Assembly (NCBI GenBank): GCA_033763455.1
Contig: JANRKO010000011.1
Span: 64,001 to 128,000 of the forward strand
Direction: 5' to 3'
Source of the DNA: Polyangiaceae bacterium
GTDB lineage: Bacteria > Myxococcota_A > Polyangia > Polyangiales > Polyangiaceae
Length of the DNA: 64,000 bases
The notes under the pieces are model-generated. The model was given only the letters and a program-made list of their open reading frames with translations, made no database searches and was not told the origin of the DNA. The stretch's first letter is position 1; each line of letters opens with the position of its first letter. This document shows positions 39,383 through 47,922 of the stretch, one piece after another. Made by a program: the position numbers and the translations under genes.

Positions 39383-40789
39383 GTGAAGGGATCCATGAGC
39401 GAAACCACCTCACGCACTTACCTCGAACGCTACGCTGAAAGAGAGGCTCGTCTCTCCTTTAGGCTGGACACGTGCTTCGACCACGTAGTGGTCGTCCCTG
39501 CCTACGACGAAGACAGTTCACTCTTGGACGGCTTGGAGACTGCTTGTGGCGAGCACGCGGGAAAGGCGTTGATTGTCTTAGTTGTGAATTGCGCGGAGGA
39601 TGCGGAAGGTGACGCCGCCCTTCGAACGGCTGAGCTCGTCGCCAACCTTCGTGCTCAGGCCTCGAGCGAGGAGCAAAAAAGCAAAGTCCCTCCGATCTAC
39701 CTGCTACGGATTCGCTCGCTTTGGGTCCTCCTCGTGGATCGCGCTAGCCCCGCTTTTCAGTTACCCCCGAAAGAAGGGGTTGGTTTGGCCAGGCGTATTG
39801 GGTGTGATATTGCGCTTCGCCTAGGCGCGGAAGGCTTCATTCGTTCACCGTGGATAGCCTCAACAGACGCGGATGCTCTGCTGCCCACCGACTACTTTGA
39901 CACCCTCACAGCTCAACTTCCCACAGCCTCAGCTATCTTATTCCCTTTTGCTCATACGCCACCCGCGACGGACGCGACGGAGTCTTCGGGCAAAAGCCCC
40001 GAGGCCATTTTCCAGGCCACCCTCTTGCTTGAATGCTCACTCCGCTATTTAGTGCTCGGCCTGCACTCAGCGGGCTCGCCTTACGCGTTCCACACGATCG
40101 GCAGCACACTTTCCATTTCGCGTCGAACATACGCTGAAGTCCGTGGGTTTCCGCGACTTCTGGCTGGAGAGGACTTCCACATTCTGAACAAGCTCGCCAA
40201 GGTGGGCCCCATCCGGCGCGTGGCTAGCACTCCTATCCGTATTCGCAGCCGCATCTCCGAACGCACACCGTTTGGCACGGGAAAAAGCGTCTTCTCACTT
40301 CTCAATTCGGACGCTGAGGTACCGGCAGCCTCGCGACAACCCAGGGCTTTCTACCATCCCACCGTGTTTGCCGCTCTTCGCCTTTGGCACGGCTTGCTTG
40401 CCGATCTGGCGCTGCGCCCAGAAGCCAACGCGTGGGAGCAGGCAGAGCCGCATGGAGTGCCTGCACATCTCGTGGGCGCTTTATCCGCACTCTGGAACGA
40501 CAAGTCACTCCGCTCGCAGCTAGAAAACGCACTCCGACAGCGCAAGACACCGGAGCAGCGTCTCAGCCACGTATTTACTCAGTTCGACGCACTCTCGGGC
40601 GTACAACTAATTCGTCGCTTGAACGAGGCATGCCCGCCTTTGGAGTGGCAGGAGGCACTCCGCCTTGCACCTTTTATCGAACCAGGTTTGGGCTCACGCT
40701 CCCTGGCCGACTGGGCCGAACAGCTCAGATCGCAGGAAGCCCAACTCCCGAGAGAGATCGGGCCTACGTGCTTCCGCCAGATGAGTTAA
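39383..40789 (+). CDS. GT-A fold glycosyltransferase-like protein
   Basis: VVVPAYDE, GVGLARRIGCD, STDAD (DxD), GFP..AGEDF, R.S.RTPFGTG. Confidence 0.75.
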   Translation: MKGSMSETTSRTYLERYAEREARLSFRLDTCFDHVVVVPAYDEDSSLLDGLETACGEHAGKALIVLVVNCAEDAEGDAALRTAELVANLRAQASSEEQKSKVPPIYLLRIRSLWVLLVDRASPAFQLPPKEGVGLARRIGCDIALRLGAEGFIRSPWIASTDADALLPTDYFDTLTAQLPTASAILFPFAHTPPATDATESSGKSPEAIFQATLLLECSLRYLVLGLHSAGSPYAFHTIGSTLSISRRTYAEVRGFPRLLAGEDFHILNKLAKVGPIRRVASTPIRIRSRISERTPFGTGKSVFSLLNSDAEVPAASRQPRAFYHPTVFAALRLWHGLLADLALRPEANAWEQAEPHGVPAHLVGALSALWNDKSLRSQLENALRQRKTPEQRLSHVFTQFDALSGVQLIRRLNEACPPLEWQEALRLAPFIEPGLGSRSLADWAEQLRSQEAQLPREIGPTCFRQMS

Positions 40790-40801
40790 GCTGCCACGCG
40801 C

Positions 40802-42373
40802 ATGAGTGCCCTTAGGCCCAACTTCCGACGCCAATGGCTCATACCAGTGGTGGCCCTCATATCCACCGCCTTGGTGCTTTTCTCAGCCTTCTACTCCCTG
40901 GATGATTACCTAGTGCCGGCACCTAATTCGCTTGGTGCTTGGGAGCGTTACACAAGCTTCGACCCCACGGCCCTCACTGATGCGGTAAGTTCGCTCGCGG
41001 GGATGATAGCTGCGGTGCTCGGCATCGTGATCACCGTCGTTAGCATTATTGTTCAACTTTCGGCCGACCGCTATCAAGGCGTGACGCGAATGTTTTTACG
41101 TGATCGCGTGAACGTCTCAACGATGGCGTTCTACGTCGTGGCTTGTGTGTGCGGGGTATGGCTCAGCGTATCCTTGAAGCATGATTACGTGCCGAGGAGT
41201 GCGCTCCTATTCATGCTGGCCGCAACTACGCTCGGCCTAGTTATCATGGCGCCGTATTTTGCGTACGTGTTTTGGTTTTTGGATCCGATGAACATCATCT
41301 ATCGGATCCGGCACGATGCCTTGCAGGCGGCCATCGCCGGCACGCAAGCCGAAAAGCTTGGCCGCCTAGCGAGGGCTCAAGCCTCGGTGCTATCGGGCAT
41401 GGAAGAGCTCACGGACATCACCAGCAGCTCCGTATCGAATAAGGATAAGATCATCGCGAGCGGTGCGGTTGATGCCCTCAAAGATCTGGCACTCGCCTAT
41501 CTGGAGCACAAGCCCAAGGCGTCGAGCGATTGGTTCCGAATCGGACCTGAGATCCGCAGCAATCCGGATTTCGTCGCTATGGATCCAGAGTCCCTCACGG
41601 ATCTTGAGAATCGCCGCACGTGGGTCGAGTGGAAAGTGATGCGGCAGTACCTCGGCATCTACAATGAAGCCCTCGGGAGCATGCGCGACATCAACTACCT
41701 GGTGGCCATCGACACCCGGTACCTCGGCGAAGCCGCGGCTCGCAATGACGATCGCGAGCTCGTAGCTCTGGTATTTCGCTTCCTCAACTCATATTTGCGC
41801 GCCACCCTGAATGCTCGCGACGTTCGCACCGCGTACAACGTGCTCAATCAGTATCGCTTGCTCGTAGAATCGATGATCCGCTTGGGCCGAGTGGCAAGCG
41901 CCGTCGAAGGCGTGCGGCACATGATCTACTATGGCCACGTGAGCTTCGACATGAAGCTCACGTTCGTCACCGAAACAGTGGCCTACGATATTTCCACACT
42001 GTGCCAGCTAGCGCACGATCTCGGATCCGATACGGAAGCCGAGACCCTGCGGCTCTTCTTGGAGCTGGATAGACCCCTCCGAAATCGCAGCCAGGAAGCG
42101 GCACTGCTAGGCGTACGCAAGGCCCAAGTAAAGCTTGCCGCCTACTACCTTTTGCGGGGCCACGAAGAGAACGCTCGCACCATCTTCGAGGATATGCGGG
42201 AGGAGCCCGCAGATCGGCTACACACCATCCGAGCAACACTCAGCGCCGTGGAGAGCAAAGATTTCTGGGAGATTATCGACCGCGGCAGGAACTTCGAATA
42301 CATGCCCGTCGAACAACGCGACAAGTTGGGAGTATTCTTCGCGTGGTTTAACGACGAACCCACCAGCGCTTAA
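40802..42373 (+). CDS. DUF2254-like membrane protein
   Basis: IVITVVSIIVQLSADRY motif, four TMs and a helical cytoplasmic domain. Confidence 0.75.
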   Translation: MSALRPNFRRQWLIPVVALISTALVLFSAFYSLDDYLVPAPNSLGAWERYTSFDPTALTDAVSSLAGMIAAVLGIVITVVSIIVQLSADRYQGVTRMFLRDRVNVSTMAFYVVACVCGVWLSVSLKHDYVPRSALLFMLAATTLGLVIMAPYFAYVFWFLDPMNIIYRIRHDALQAAIAGTQAEKLGRLARAQASVLSGMEELTDITSSSVSNKDKIIASGAVDALKDLALAYLEHKPKASSDWFRIGPEIRSNPDFVAMDPESLTDLENRRTWVEWKVMRQYLGIYNEALGSMRDINYLVAIDTRYLGEAAARNDDRELVALVFRFLNSYLRATLNARDVRTAYNVLNQYRLLVESMIRLGRVASAVEGVRHMIYYGHVSFDMKLTFVTETVAYDISTLCQLAHDLGSDTEAETLRLFLELDRPLRNRSQEAALLGVRKAQVKLAAYYLLRGHEENARTIFEDMREEPADRLHTIRATLSAVESKDFWEIIDRGRNFEYMPVEQRDKLGVFFAWFNDEPTSA

Positions 42374-42395
42374 CGCGGGGGCGCAACAAGAACTT

Positions 42396-42737
42396 CTATT
42401 TATCGTCGCGAAAACCCGGCGGCACTGTGGTGCGCTGCATCGGGAATTGAGACTGACGCCGCTCAAAGCCAGCCAAGAGGCCATCCAGCAGTGTCTCGTC
42501 GCGACGCAAGATCGCCACGCGCAAAAGGCCCGATTGGGGGTGCGAAACGGGCAGGGATGCCAAAAGGATGCGGGCAGTGGCCAACTTGCGTGTTACGCGG
42601 TCTGCGTGTTCTCCGACCTCCTCTACGTCCTGCCGGGTTGCGGGCGGCAACGAGCCATCCGGGCGACGCACGCGCACCCGAGTGGCATCTGTCTCTTCGG
42701 AGGGAGGAGGAGGAGCGGAAGGGCGAGGATTAGTCAT
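42396..42737 (-). CDS. Hypothetical protein
   Basis: Fills the gap between genes; LL..AILRRDE.LLD helix. Confidence 0.55.
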   Translation of the reverse strand: MTNPRPSAPPPPSEETDATRVRVRRPDGSLPPATRQDVEEVGEHADRVTRKLATARILLASLPVSHPQSGLLRVAILRRDETLLDGLLAGFERRQSQFPMQRTTVPPGFRDDK

Positions 42738-42952
42738 GTTGGGCTACCCAGCTTTGAACGCGGGCGTACTTCCCACGATAACACTTCTCCGAGAAAGTTC
42801 ATTCCAGCTCAAACTTTTTCTCACCAAATTGAGATTTGTTCGGCCAAATTTACACTCAGTCGGTCGTTAGCAGCGAAAGCTTTCAACGACAATGTGGGAC
42901 AAGCTCGCCTAACAGCACGCATTCCCCGACAACCACAAGTACCGACCCAACT

Positions 42953-44323
42953 ATGGCTACGAGCTCAGATTTAGAGAACATTTGGACCATAGAGCGCCTG
43001 GTTCCTGGCGGTCGAGGCTTGGCACGTTTGCCCGACGGGCGCATCGGCTTTGCTACTCAAGTGGCCCCGGGAGATAAGATCCGCGTCCTTGCCGCCAAAA
43101 CGCACCGGCAATTCGTAGAAGCCAGTGAATGGACCTTGGTAGAACCGGCAAACGACCGAGTGCACCCAGAGTGCCCTCACTTCAATCACTGCGGAGGATG
43201 TGATTGGATGCACCTAAGCCGCCAAGCAGAGTTAGCCAGCAAACGAGCGCTCCTGTCCGATGCCTTGAAACGCGTCGGCAAACTGGGAGAGGTTCCGCCA
43301 ATAGGTCTTGTAGCTGACCAATTCCCGTCCACCGACCCAGGATATTCAGAAGTCGGGGTAGCCAAAGGTTACCGCAATCGACAGCGCTTCCACGTCAGCC
43401 CCTCAGGAAAGATCGGGCTGTTTGCTGAGAAATCCCACCAGCTCGTCGAAATAGAGACGTGTTTGATTTCTCACCCCGAAGTAGTGAGGGGGCTCGTTGT
43501 ATTGCGGGAGGCGCTCGCTCGCAGGCCGGAGGTTGGGGTGTGGCTGTCGGAAGCTGAAGTGCGGATCTCAGAGCTAGCTCCCAAGCTCGCTGTCCGGCTC
43601 GTGCAAAGAAGCGCAGGTTTCAAACCGGAGCTCACACGAAAGTTTGTGCAAGAGTTGGAACAAAGCTTCGATCTGGTCACAATCGGGAGACATCGCGCGC
43701 TTGAAACTCAGCGCTTTGCCGTTTTCGAAGATGTCGTGGTGGAGATCCCGCCCGCCGCGTTTGTTCAGGTGAACCCAAGCATCAACGCAAAACTCGTGGC
43801 GCACGTGGTGGGTCGCTCAAAAGAGCTCGGTATCGAGTATTTCGCCGATCTATATGCGGGAGCGGGCAATTTCGCGCTCCCCCTCACGGCCGCCGGAATG
43901 CGAGGCGTCGCTCTCGAACAATCACGCCCCGCAGTAACAGCCGCCACCCGGCAGGTTCAGGCACTCAAGCTGGACTCGCGGCTCCAATACATACTCGGGG
44001 ACGTCGCGACGGGTGTGGGAGCACTGGACAAAGCAACCGGTTCACGGCACCGAGCGAGCGAGACACGCCCTTTTGACCTAGTGATACTCGACCCGCCACG
44101 CGAGGGCGCCAAAGACGTACTCACGGGCGTATTGAGGTTGACCCCTCAGCACATAGCCTATTGCGCGTGCGACCCGGTATCGCTAGCGCGGGACCTAAAG
44201 ACGCTGACCGCTTCTGGGTATCAGCTCACCGATGTGACCATTTTCGACATGTTCCCCCGCACCCATCACTTCGAATCAGTAGCTTGGTTGTCACGCGGGC
44301 CTTTGCCTAAAGAGCGCTCCTGA
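42953..44323 (+). CDS. RlmD/TrmA-family 23S rRNA m5U methyltransferase
   Basis: TRAM domain, CPHFNHCGGCDW Fe-S motif, FVQVN, DLYAGAGNF, DPPREG, CDPVSLARD, DMFPRTHHFE. Confidence 0.93.
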   Translation: MATSSDLENIWTIERLVPGGRGLARLPDGRIGFATQVAPGDKIRVLAAKTHRQFVEASEWTLVEPANDRVHPECPHFNHCGGCDWMHLSRQAELASKRALLSDALKRVGKLGEVPPIGLVADQFPSTDPGYSEVGVAKGYRNRQRFHVSPSGKIGLFAEKSHQLVEIETCLISHPEVVRGLVVLREALARRPEVGVWLSEAEVRISELAPKLAVRLVQRSAGFKPELTRKFVQELEQSFDLVTIGRHRALETQRFAVFEDVVVEIPPAAFVQVNPSINAKLVAHVVGRSKELGIEYFADLYAGAGNFALPLTAAGMRGVALEQSRPAVTAATRQVQALKLDSRLQYILGDVATGVGALDKATGSRHRASETRPFDLVILDPPREGAKDVLTGVLRLTPQHIAYCACDPVSLARDLKTLTASGYQLTDVTIFDMFPRTHHFESVAWLSRGPLPKERS

Positions 44324-44868
44324 TAGCGGCGGAACGCGCCGCGCATTTGGTGCTGCACTCGCTGCATAGCTAGGCCTAATTTGGCGCGTTCCTTAGGCGT
44401 CATCACCTGGGCAAGCTCAGTGCCTTCCTCGCGGCGAAGGCGATGGATAGCTTCGGTGGTCGTATCCATCGCGGCCAGCAAGCGGGTAAACGCTCCTTGA
44501 TCCTGGCTATCGGCTGCAACCAGACGCCGCACCTCTTGTTGCTGCTCTCGCAGCTGCTTACCTAGCTCTCGCTTCTTTGCATGGAATTTCAGCAGTGTTT
44601 TCTCCACTTGAGCCTTGCGCGTGGCATCCAAGCCTACTTGTTCGGTCAAAACGCGCTCACGCACTTTGGCCAAACGCCCTTCAAGCTCGCGCCACCGTTC
44701 GCCGTGTTTGCCGTTTCTCGGTCGCTCGTGGGAGCCGCCCTTTGCCGCTCGAACGGGAACGTTATCGGCGTTTTGCCCATGGGCAAGGGAGGTGAGGCTC
44801 CCAAGTAGCAAACAGCCTGCGCCAAGCACCCATACAGCCGCAGTTTTCGTAAACTTCTGAAACATCAT
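44266..44868 (-). CDS. Spy/CpxP-like periplasmic protein
   Basis: Signal peptide; GLDATRKAQV and VMTPKERAKL (LTxxQ-like) helices. Confidence 0.75.
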   Translation of the reverse strand: MMFQKFTKTAAVWVLGAGCLLLGSLTSLAHGQNADNVPVRAAKGGSHERPRNGKHGERWRELEGRLAKVRERVLTEQVGLDATRKAQVEKTLLKFHAKKRELGKQLREQQQEVRRLVAADSQDQGAFTRLLAAMDTTTEAIHRLRREEGTELAQVMTPKERAKLGLAMQRVQHQMRGAFRRYQERSLGKGPRDNQATDSK

Positions 44869-45473
44869 CCACCTCCAAGCAACTCGTTCGTGGCTAGCAT
44901 CCACCAGTCCACATCCTCTTCGGACAAGGGGCCATACAGATCTTCCGCACCCATGCCGCTCCCGAGCTCGGCATCATCGGCGTTGTCCCCAACCAACAGC
45001 AGACTTGCCTCCGCATCAGTGGTAGCCCAATTATGCTCGGCCCCGAGTGCGACTTCATCAGCCTCGGCGAACCCCGGCCCATTCAGAACCTGAGCAGCCT
45101 CTCCGAGAGCCTCCGCCTCCTCGGATGTTGCGGGCCCAGCACCAACCACTCGCAATGCGTTCGGCGTGGCACGCTCTCCTACGTCGTGCTCCGTGCCCTC
45201 CGGCAGAACGCCGGCAGCTTGGGCTCCAACCTCAGCTCCAGCTTGAACTCCGCGCATATCTAGAACCCAAAATCCTGCAGCGGCCGCCGCTAGCACCGCC
45301 GACGCCCCTACGGGTAACCACACCCAACGAGGCCTTCGCTCAAGCGCAGCCGTGGGAATTGCACGCGCCTTGCCCAACATGCGAGCGACTTGCAAATCAC
45401 TCGGCTCCTCGCCAGCCTTTTCAAACAGCTGCCTCAGTTCTACGTGCGCGTTCTGTTCATCCTCGTTGTTCAT
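44865..45473 (-). CDS. Putative anti-sigma factor
   Basis: Single TM, acidic periplasmic tail, directly downstream of an ECF sigma. Confidence 0.65.
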   Translation of the reverse strand: MNNEDEQNAHVELRQLFEKAGEEPSDLQVARMLGKARAIPTAALERRPRWVWLPVGASAVLAAAAAGFWVLDMRGVQAGAEVGAQAAGVLPEGTEHDVGERATPNALRVVGAGPATSEEAEALGEAAQVLNGPGFAEADEVALGAEHNWATTDAEASLLLVGDNADDAELGSGMGAEDLYGPLSEEDVDWWMLATNELLGGG

Positions 45474-45483
45474 ACAATCCTCG

Positions 45484-46092
45484 CTATTCGGAGATCACAT
45501 CCGAGAGCTTCTCCTTCAATTCCTTCAACACCAGGTGCACAAGTACTCGAGCCGAGCCCTCGGTGGTGCCGGTTGCCTGAGCAATCTCAAGATAACTTAG
45601 GTTGGCGTCGAGCCGGAGTAGCGCCACCTGTTGCCGCTTTTTGGGCATTTGTGCCAAAGCTTCGCGAACTCTTTCCGCCAGTCGCTGCGCGGTTAACTGC
45701 TCAGCAGGATTCGCCGTGGGCTCGGGACCCACCGTGGCTTCTTCTCGACGCCGACGCCGACGCTCGGAGCGCAACAGTGTGAGTGCTTGCCTCGCTGCGA
45801 TGGCTCCTAAGAACGCCTTGAGCGAAGTACCAGCCTCGTAGCTACCGAGCTTTTTGAATGCCAACGCGAGCGTCTCCTGCACCGCATCTTCGGCGAGCGC
45901 AGAACTCCCACACGCGCGCTGAGCAATGCGATAAAGGAGCGGCAGGTGCGGCCCCACCAACGAAGCAAACGCGTGTCCGTCCCCTTGGAGAGCACGAAGA
46001 ATGAGTTCCTGCTCGAGCGGCACCGAGCCTTCAGAATTGCCCCGGTACTCTGAAAAAGCTAGGGACCGGTTAGGCAACGTCATGACGTGCAT
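45484..46092 (-). CDS. ECF RNA polymerase sigma factor
   Basis: GDGHAFASLV, AEDAVQET, LAQMP, LSYLEIA..TG..EGSAR. Confidence 0.92.
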   Translation of the reverse strand: MHVMTLPNRSLAFSEYRGNSEGSVPLEQELILRALQGDGHAFASLVGPHLPLLYRIAQRACGSSALAEDAVQETLALAFKKLGSYEAGTSLKAFLGAIAARQALTLLRSERRRRRREEATVGPEPTANPAEQLTAQRLAERVREALAQMPKKRQQVALLRLDANLSYLEIAQATGTTEGSARVLVHLVLKELKEKLSDVISE

Positions 46093-46106
46093 CGAGACAC
46101 CTCACT

Positions 46107-46131
46107 GATGCCTGGGGAGGCCAATCCGTTA
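46107..46131 (-). promoter_or_regulatory. Candidate autoregulatory ECF promoter (TAAC-N16-GCATC)
   Basis: AAC and CATC boxes directly upstream of the GAGGTG RBS of the ECF gene. Confidence 0.35.
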
Positions 46132-46183
46132 AAGCCCCGCTCAGCCGCACGTGAAATGCCGGGCAATCGTGAGACCTTATGTA

Positions 46184-46792
46184 TCAGCGCTTTGGTGGCG
46201 ACGCGTGGCGCGATACAAAATCCTGTATCGCATTGAGAATGCCGGCGTTCACTTGCTCGCTGCCTGTGGCATTTTCGCGGAGCCAGGTCTTGGTAACCTG
46301 AAGTGAGTGATCCCCGGAGGGGACCACGTACAGCTCGTTGGGGGCCCGCATTTTCCGCCGCACCGACTCTAAGAGCTCTATGGGACACAACGGATCGCGG
46401 GTGCCCTGCAGAAAAAGCACTGGGGTTCGGAGCTCCTTCAACACTTCGTCGCGAACCTTCTGAAGGTTTCCGGCGCTGAGCAACGGATACCCAAAACACA
46501 CAAGCGCGTTTGGCGGAGACTCCAGCGACACGTGGCAGCCCACTCGGCCCCCCATGCTCTTGCCGGCAAGGATCACCGGCCCCCTGTGGTGGGCTGCAGC
46601 CGCAACCAGGGCTTCCTGGTGCGCCTTAATCAACGTGGGAAGGGGATCGGGCCGGTGTCGCCCCTGAAGCATGTAAGGATAGTCAAACGACTGAACTTTG
46701 CCGACCCGCGCGAGCCGTGTGGCCCAGACGCGCATCCAAGGCGAGCTGGAATCGGCACCGGCTCCGGGAGCAAAAAGCAGTAGTGGCTTCAT
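46184..46792 (-). CDS. Alpha/beta hydrolase (KANSL3-like family)
   Basis: GAGA, FDYPYM, GKSMGGR nucleophile elbow, QGTRD, GDHSL. Confidence 0.9.
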   Translation of the reverse strand: MKPLLLFAPGAGADSSSPWMRVWATRLARVGKVQSFDYPYMLQGRHRPDPLPTLIKAHQEALVAAAAHHRGPVILAGKSMGGRVGCHVSLESPPNALVCFGYPLLSAGNLQKVRDEVLKELRTPVLFLQGTRDPLCPIELLESVRRKMRAPNELYVVPSGDHSLQVTKTWLRENATGSEQVNAGILNAIQDFVSRHASPPKR

Positions 46793-46820
46793 CCCGGCAG
46801 CATGGAGCGTGTGGCACGCG

Positions 46821-46864
46821 AAAAAAAGTCGGCCGGGTCAGAGCTACAGTGCCCCAACCCGGCC
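46821..46864 (-). terminator. Intrinsic terminator 2
   Basis: GGCCGGGUUGGGGC-ACUGUA-GCUCUGACCCGGCC, then GAC and U7. Confidence 0.8.
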
Positions 46865-46950
46865 AGAGGAGCGTTGCGACACGCACCCTACAAAACGACT
46901 CCCCGACCGAAGACTTAACGGGGCCTGTCTTCGTTTTGGCTGCATGCAAC

Positions 46951-47050
46951 AAAAAAAAACAACGGCCCAGAGTGAGGGGGTACTCTGGACCGTTGAGAGG
47001 AAGCGACGGCTGCCCGGGCGGAGGGGGGGATCGCCAAGGCGGCCGTCCAA
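46951..47050 (-). ncRNA. sigma-54-dependent small RNA with two C-rich-loop hairpins (Pxr-like architecture)
   Basis: Promoter TGGCACG-GATA-CTGC; hairpin 1 loop AUCCCCCCCUC; hairpin 2 has a 14-bp stem, loop ACCCCCUC and a following U9; no credible ORF. Confidence 0.8.
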
Positions 47051-47061
47051 GCTCTTACTAA

Positions 47062-47076
47062 GCAGTATCCGTGCCA
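47062..47076 (-). promoter_or_regulatory. sigma-54 promoter TGGCACG-GATA-CTGC
   Basis: Perfect -24 box, -12 GC at the exact spacing, pointing into the sRNA. Confidence 0.85.
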
Positions 47077-47148
47077 TACTCGGATCTACGGTTATTGCGG
47101 TGTTTCCTTCGGGGCGAGGCGAGCGGGACCTTCCAACTTAGCAAATGA

Positions 47149-47166
47149 CGTTTCGTAAACGAAACG
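47149..47166. promoter_or_regulatory. Palindrome CGTTTCG-TAAA-CGAAACG, candidate enhancer-binding-protein site
   Basis: Perfect 7-bp arms about 100-115 nt upstream of the predicted sRNA start. Confidence 0.55.
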
Positions 47167-47329
47167 ATGACGGCACCGAGGAGCCAAACGTCTTCAGACT
47201 TCATGTGCGCGGTGAGCAGGTCCGAGCTCGGTCGGATTTGCATCAAGTGACCCGCCCGCCCACGAGCAAGCCAGGCGGCTTTCCTCCGTTAGAATAATCG
47301 AGCAAGATGGCCGGCAGCCGAGAATCGTT

Positions 47330-47860
47330 ATGGCAAGCGACAGACCAGACTACCCGAGCCCACAGCCGGGTGATCCGGAAGACGTAAGAGTTGCGCTGCA
47401 AGCGGGCGAGCATGCCTGGAAGAGTGGGAACGAACGGGAGGCATTGCGCTCGCTCCAGCGTGCCACATTGGCTGCCACTAAGACCAACCCAGGGCAACGC
47501 GCGGGCCAGTTGGCGCAAGCAGTAGCAGCCCTGTCCCAGCGGGTGGGAGGCCAGGTGCTGACGGTTCCGACTCTCTCGAAACCCGTCCCAACCGGAGCCA
47601 CCCCGGAAAACGACTACTCAGATACAACCGTGGTAGACGGCCCCGCCGAAACGGTCTCCGCGCCCAAGCTCCAGGCGAAAATCACACCACCCAAAGCACG
47701 CATGGCACTGCGCGTGGCAGTGGAACCGACGCCGGGGGAGCCCAACGTACTGAGAGTGCACTTGCTCGAGGATGGTCGCGCGCCTGCTCAGGGCTTGCAC
47801 GAGGCTTTCCTCGTTGCAGTGGAACCCTTGGCGGATCTGCTGCGCCGCAAAGATGCCTAG
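47330..47860 (+). CDS. Hypothetical protein
   Basis: 176-aa ORF with helical N-terminus and Pro-rich linker, in a gap between genes. Confidence 0.65.
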   Translation: MASDRPDYPSPQPGDPEDVRVALQAGEHAWKSGNEREALRSLQRATLAATKTNPGQRAGQLAQAVAALSQRVGGQVLTVPTLSKPVPTGATPENDYSDTTVVDGPAETVSAPKLQAKITPPKARMALRVAVEPTPGEPNVLRVHLLEDGRAPAQGLHEAFLVAVEPLADLLRRKDA

Positions 47861-47922
47861 CAGAAGCTCGCTGGGACCACCGTTTTGCGACGCAGCCAGC
47901 TCAAGAGCGATAGCGCCCGAGC

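Noticed and set aside
46812..46826. TGGCACG on the plus strand
   Set aside because: No GC at the -12 position; it runs into the terminator A-tract.
46698..47246. Short ORFs over the sRNA region
   Set aside because: No recognisable motifs, and they cross terminator hairpins and poly-A/T tracts.
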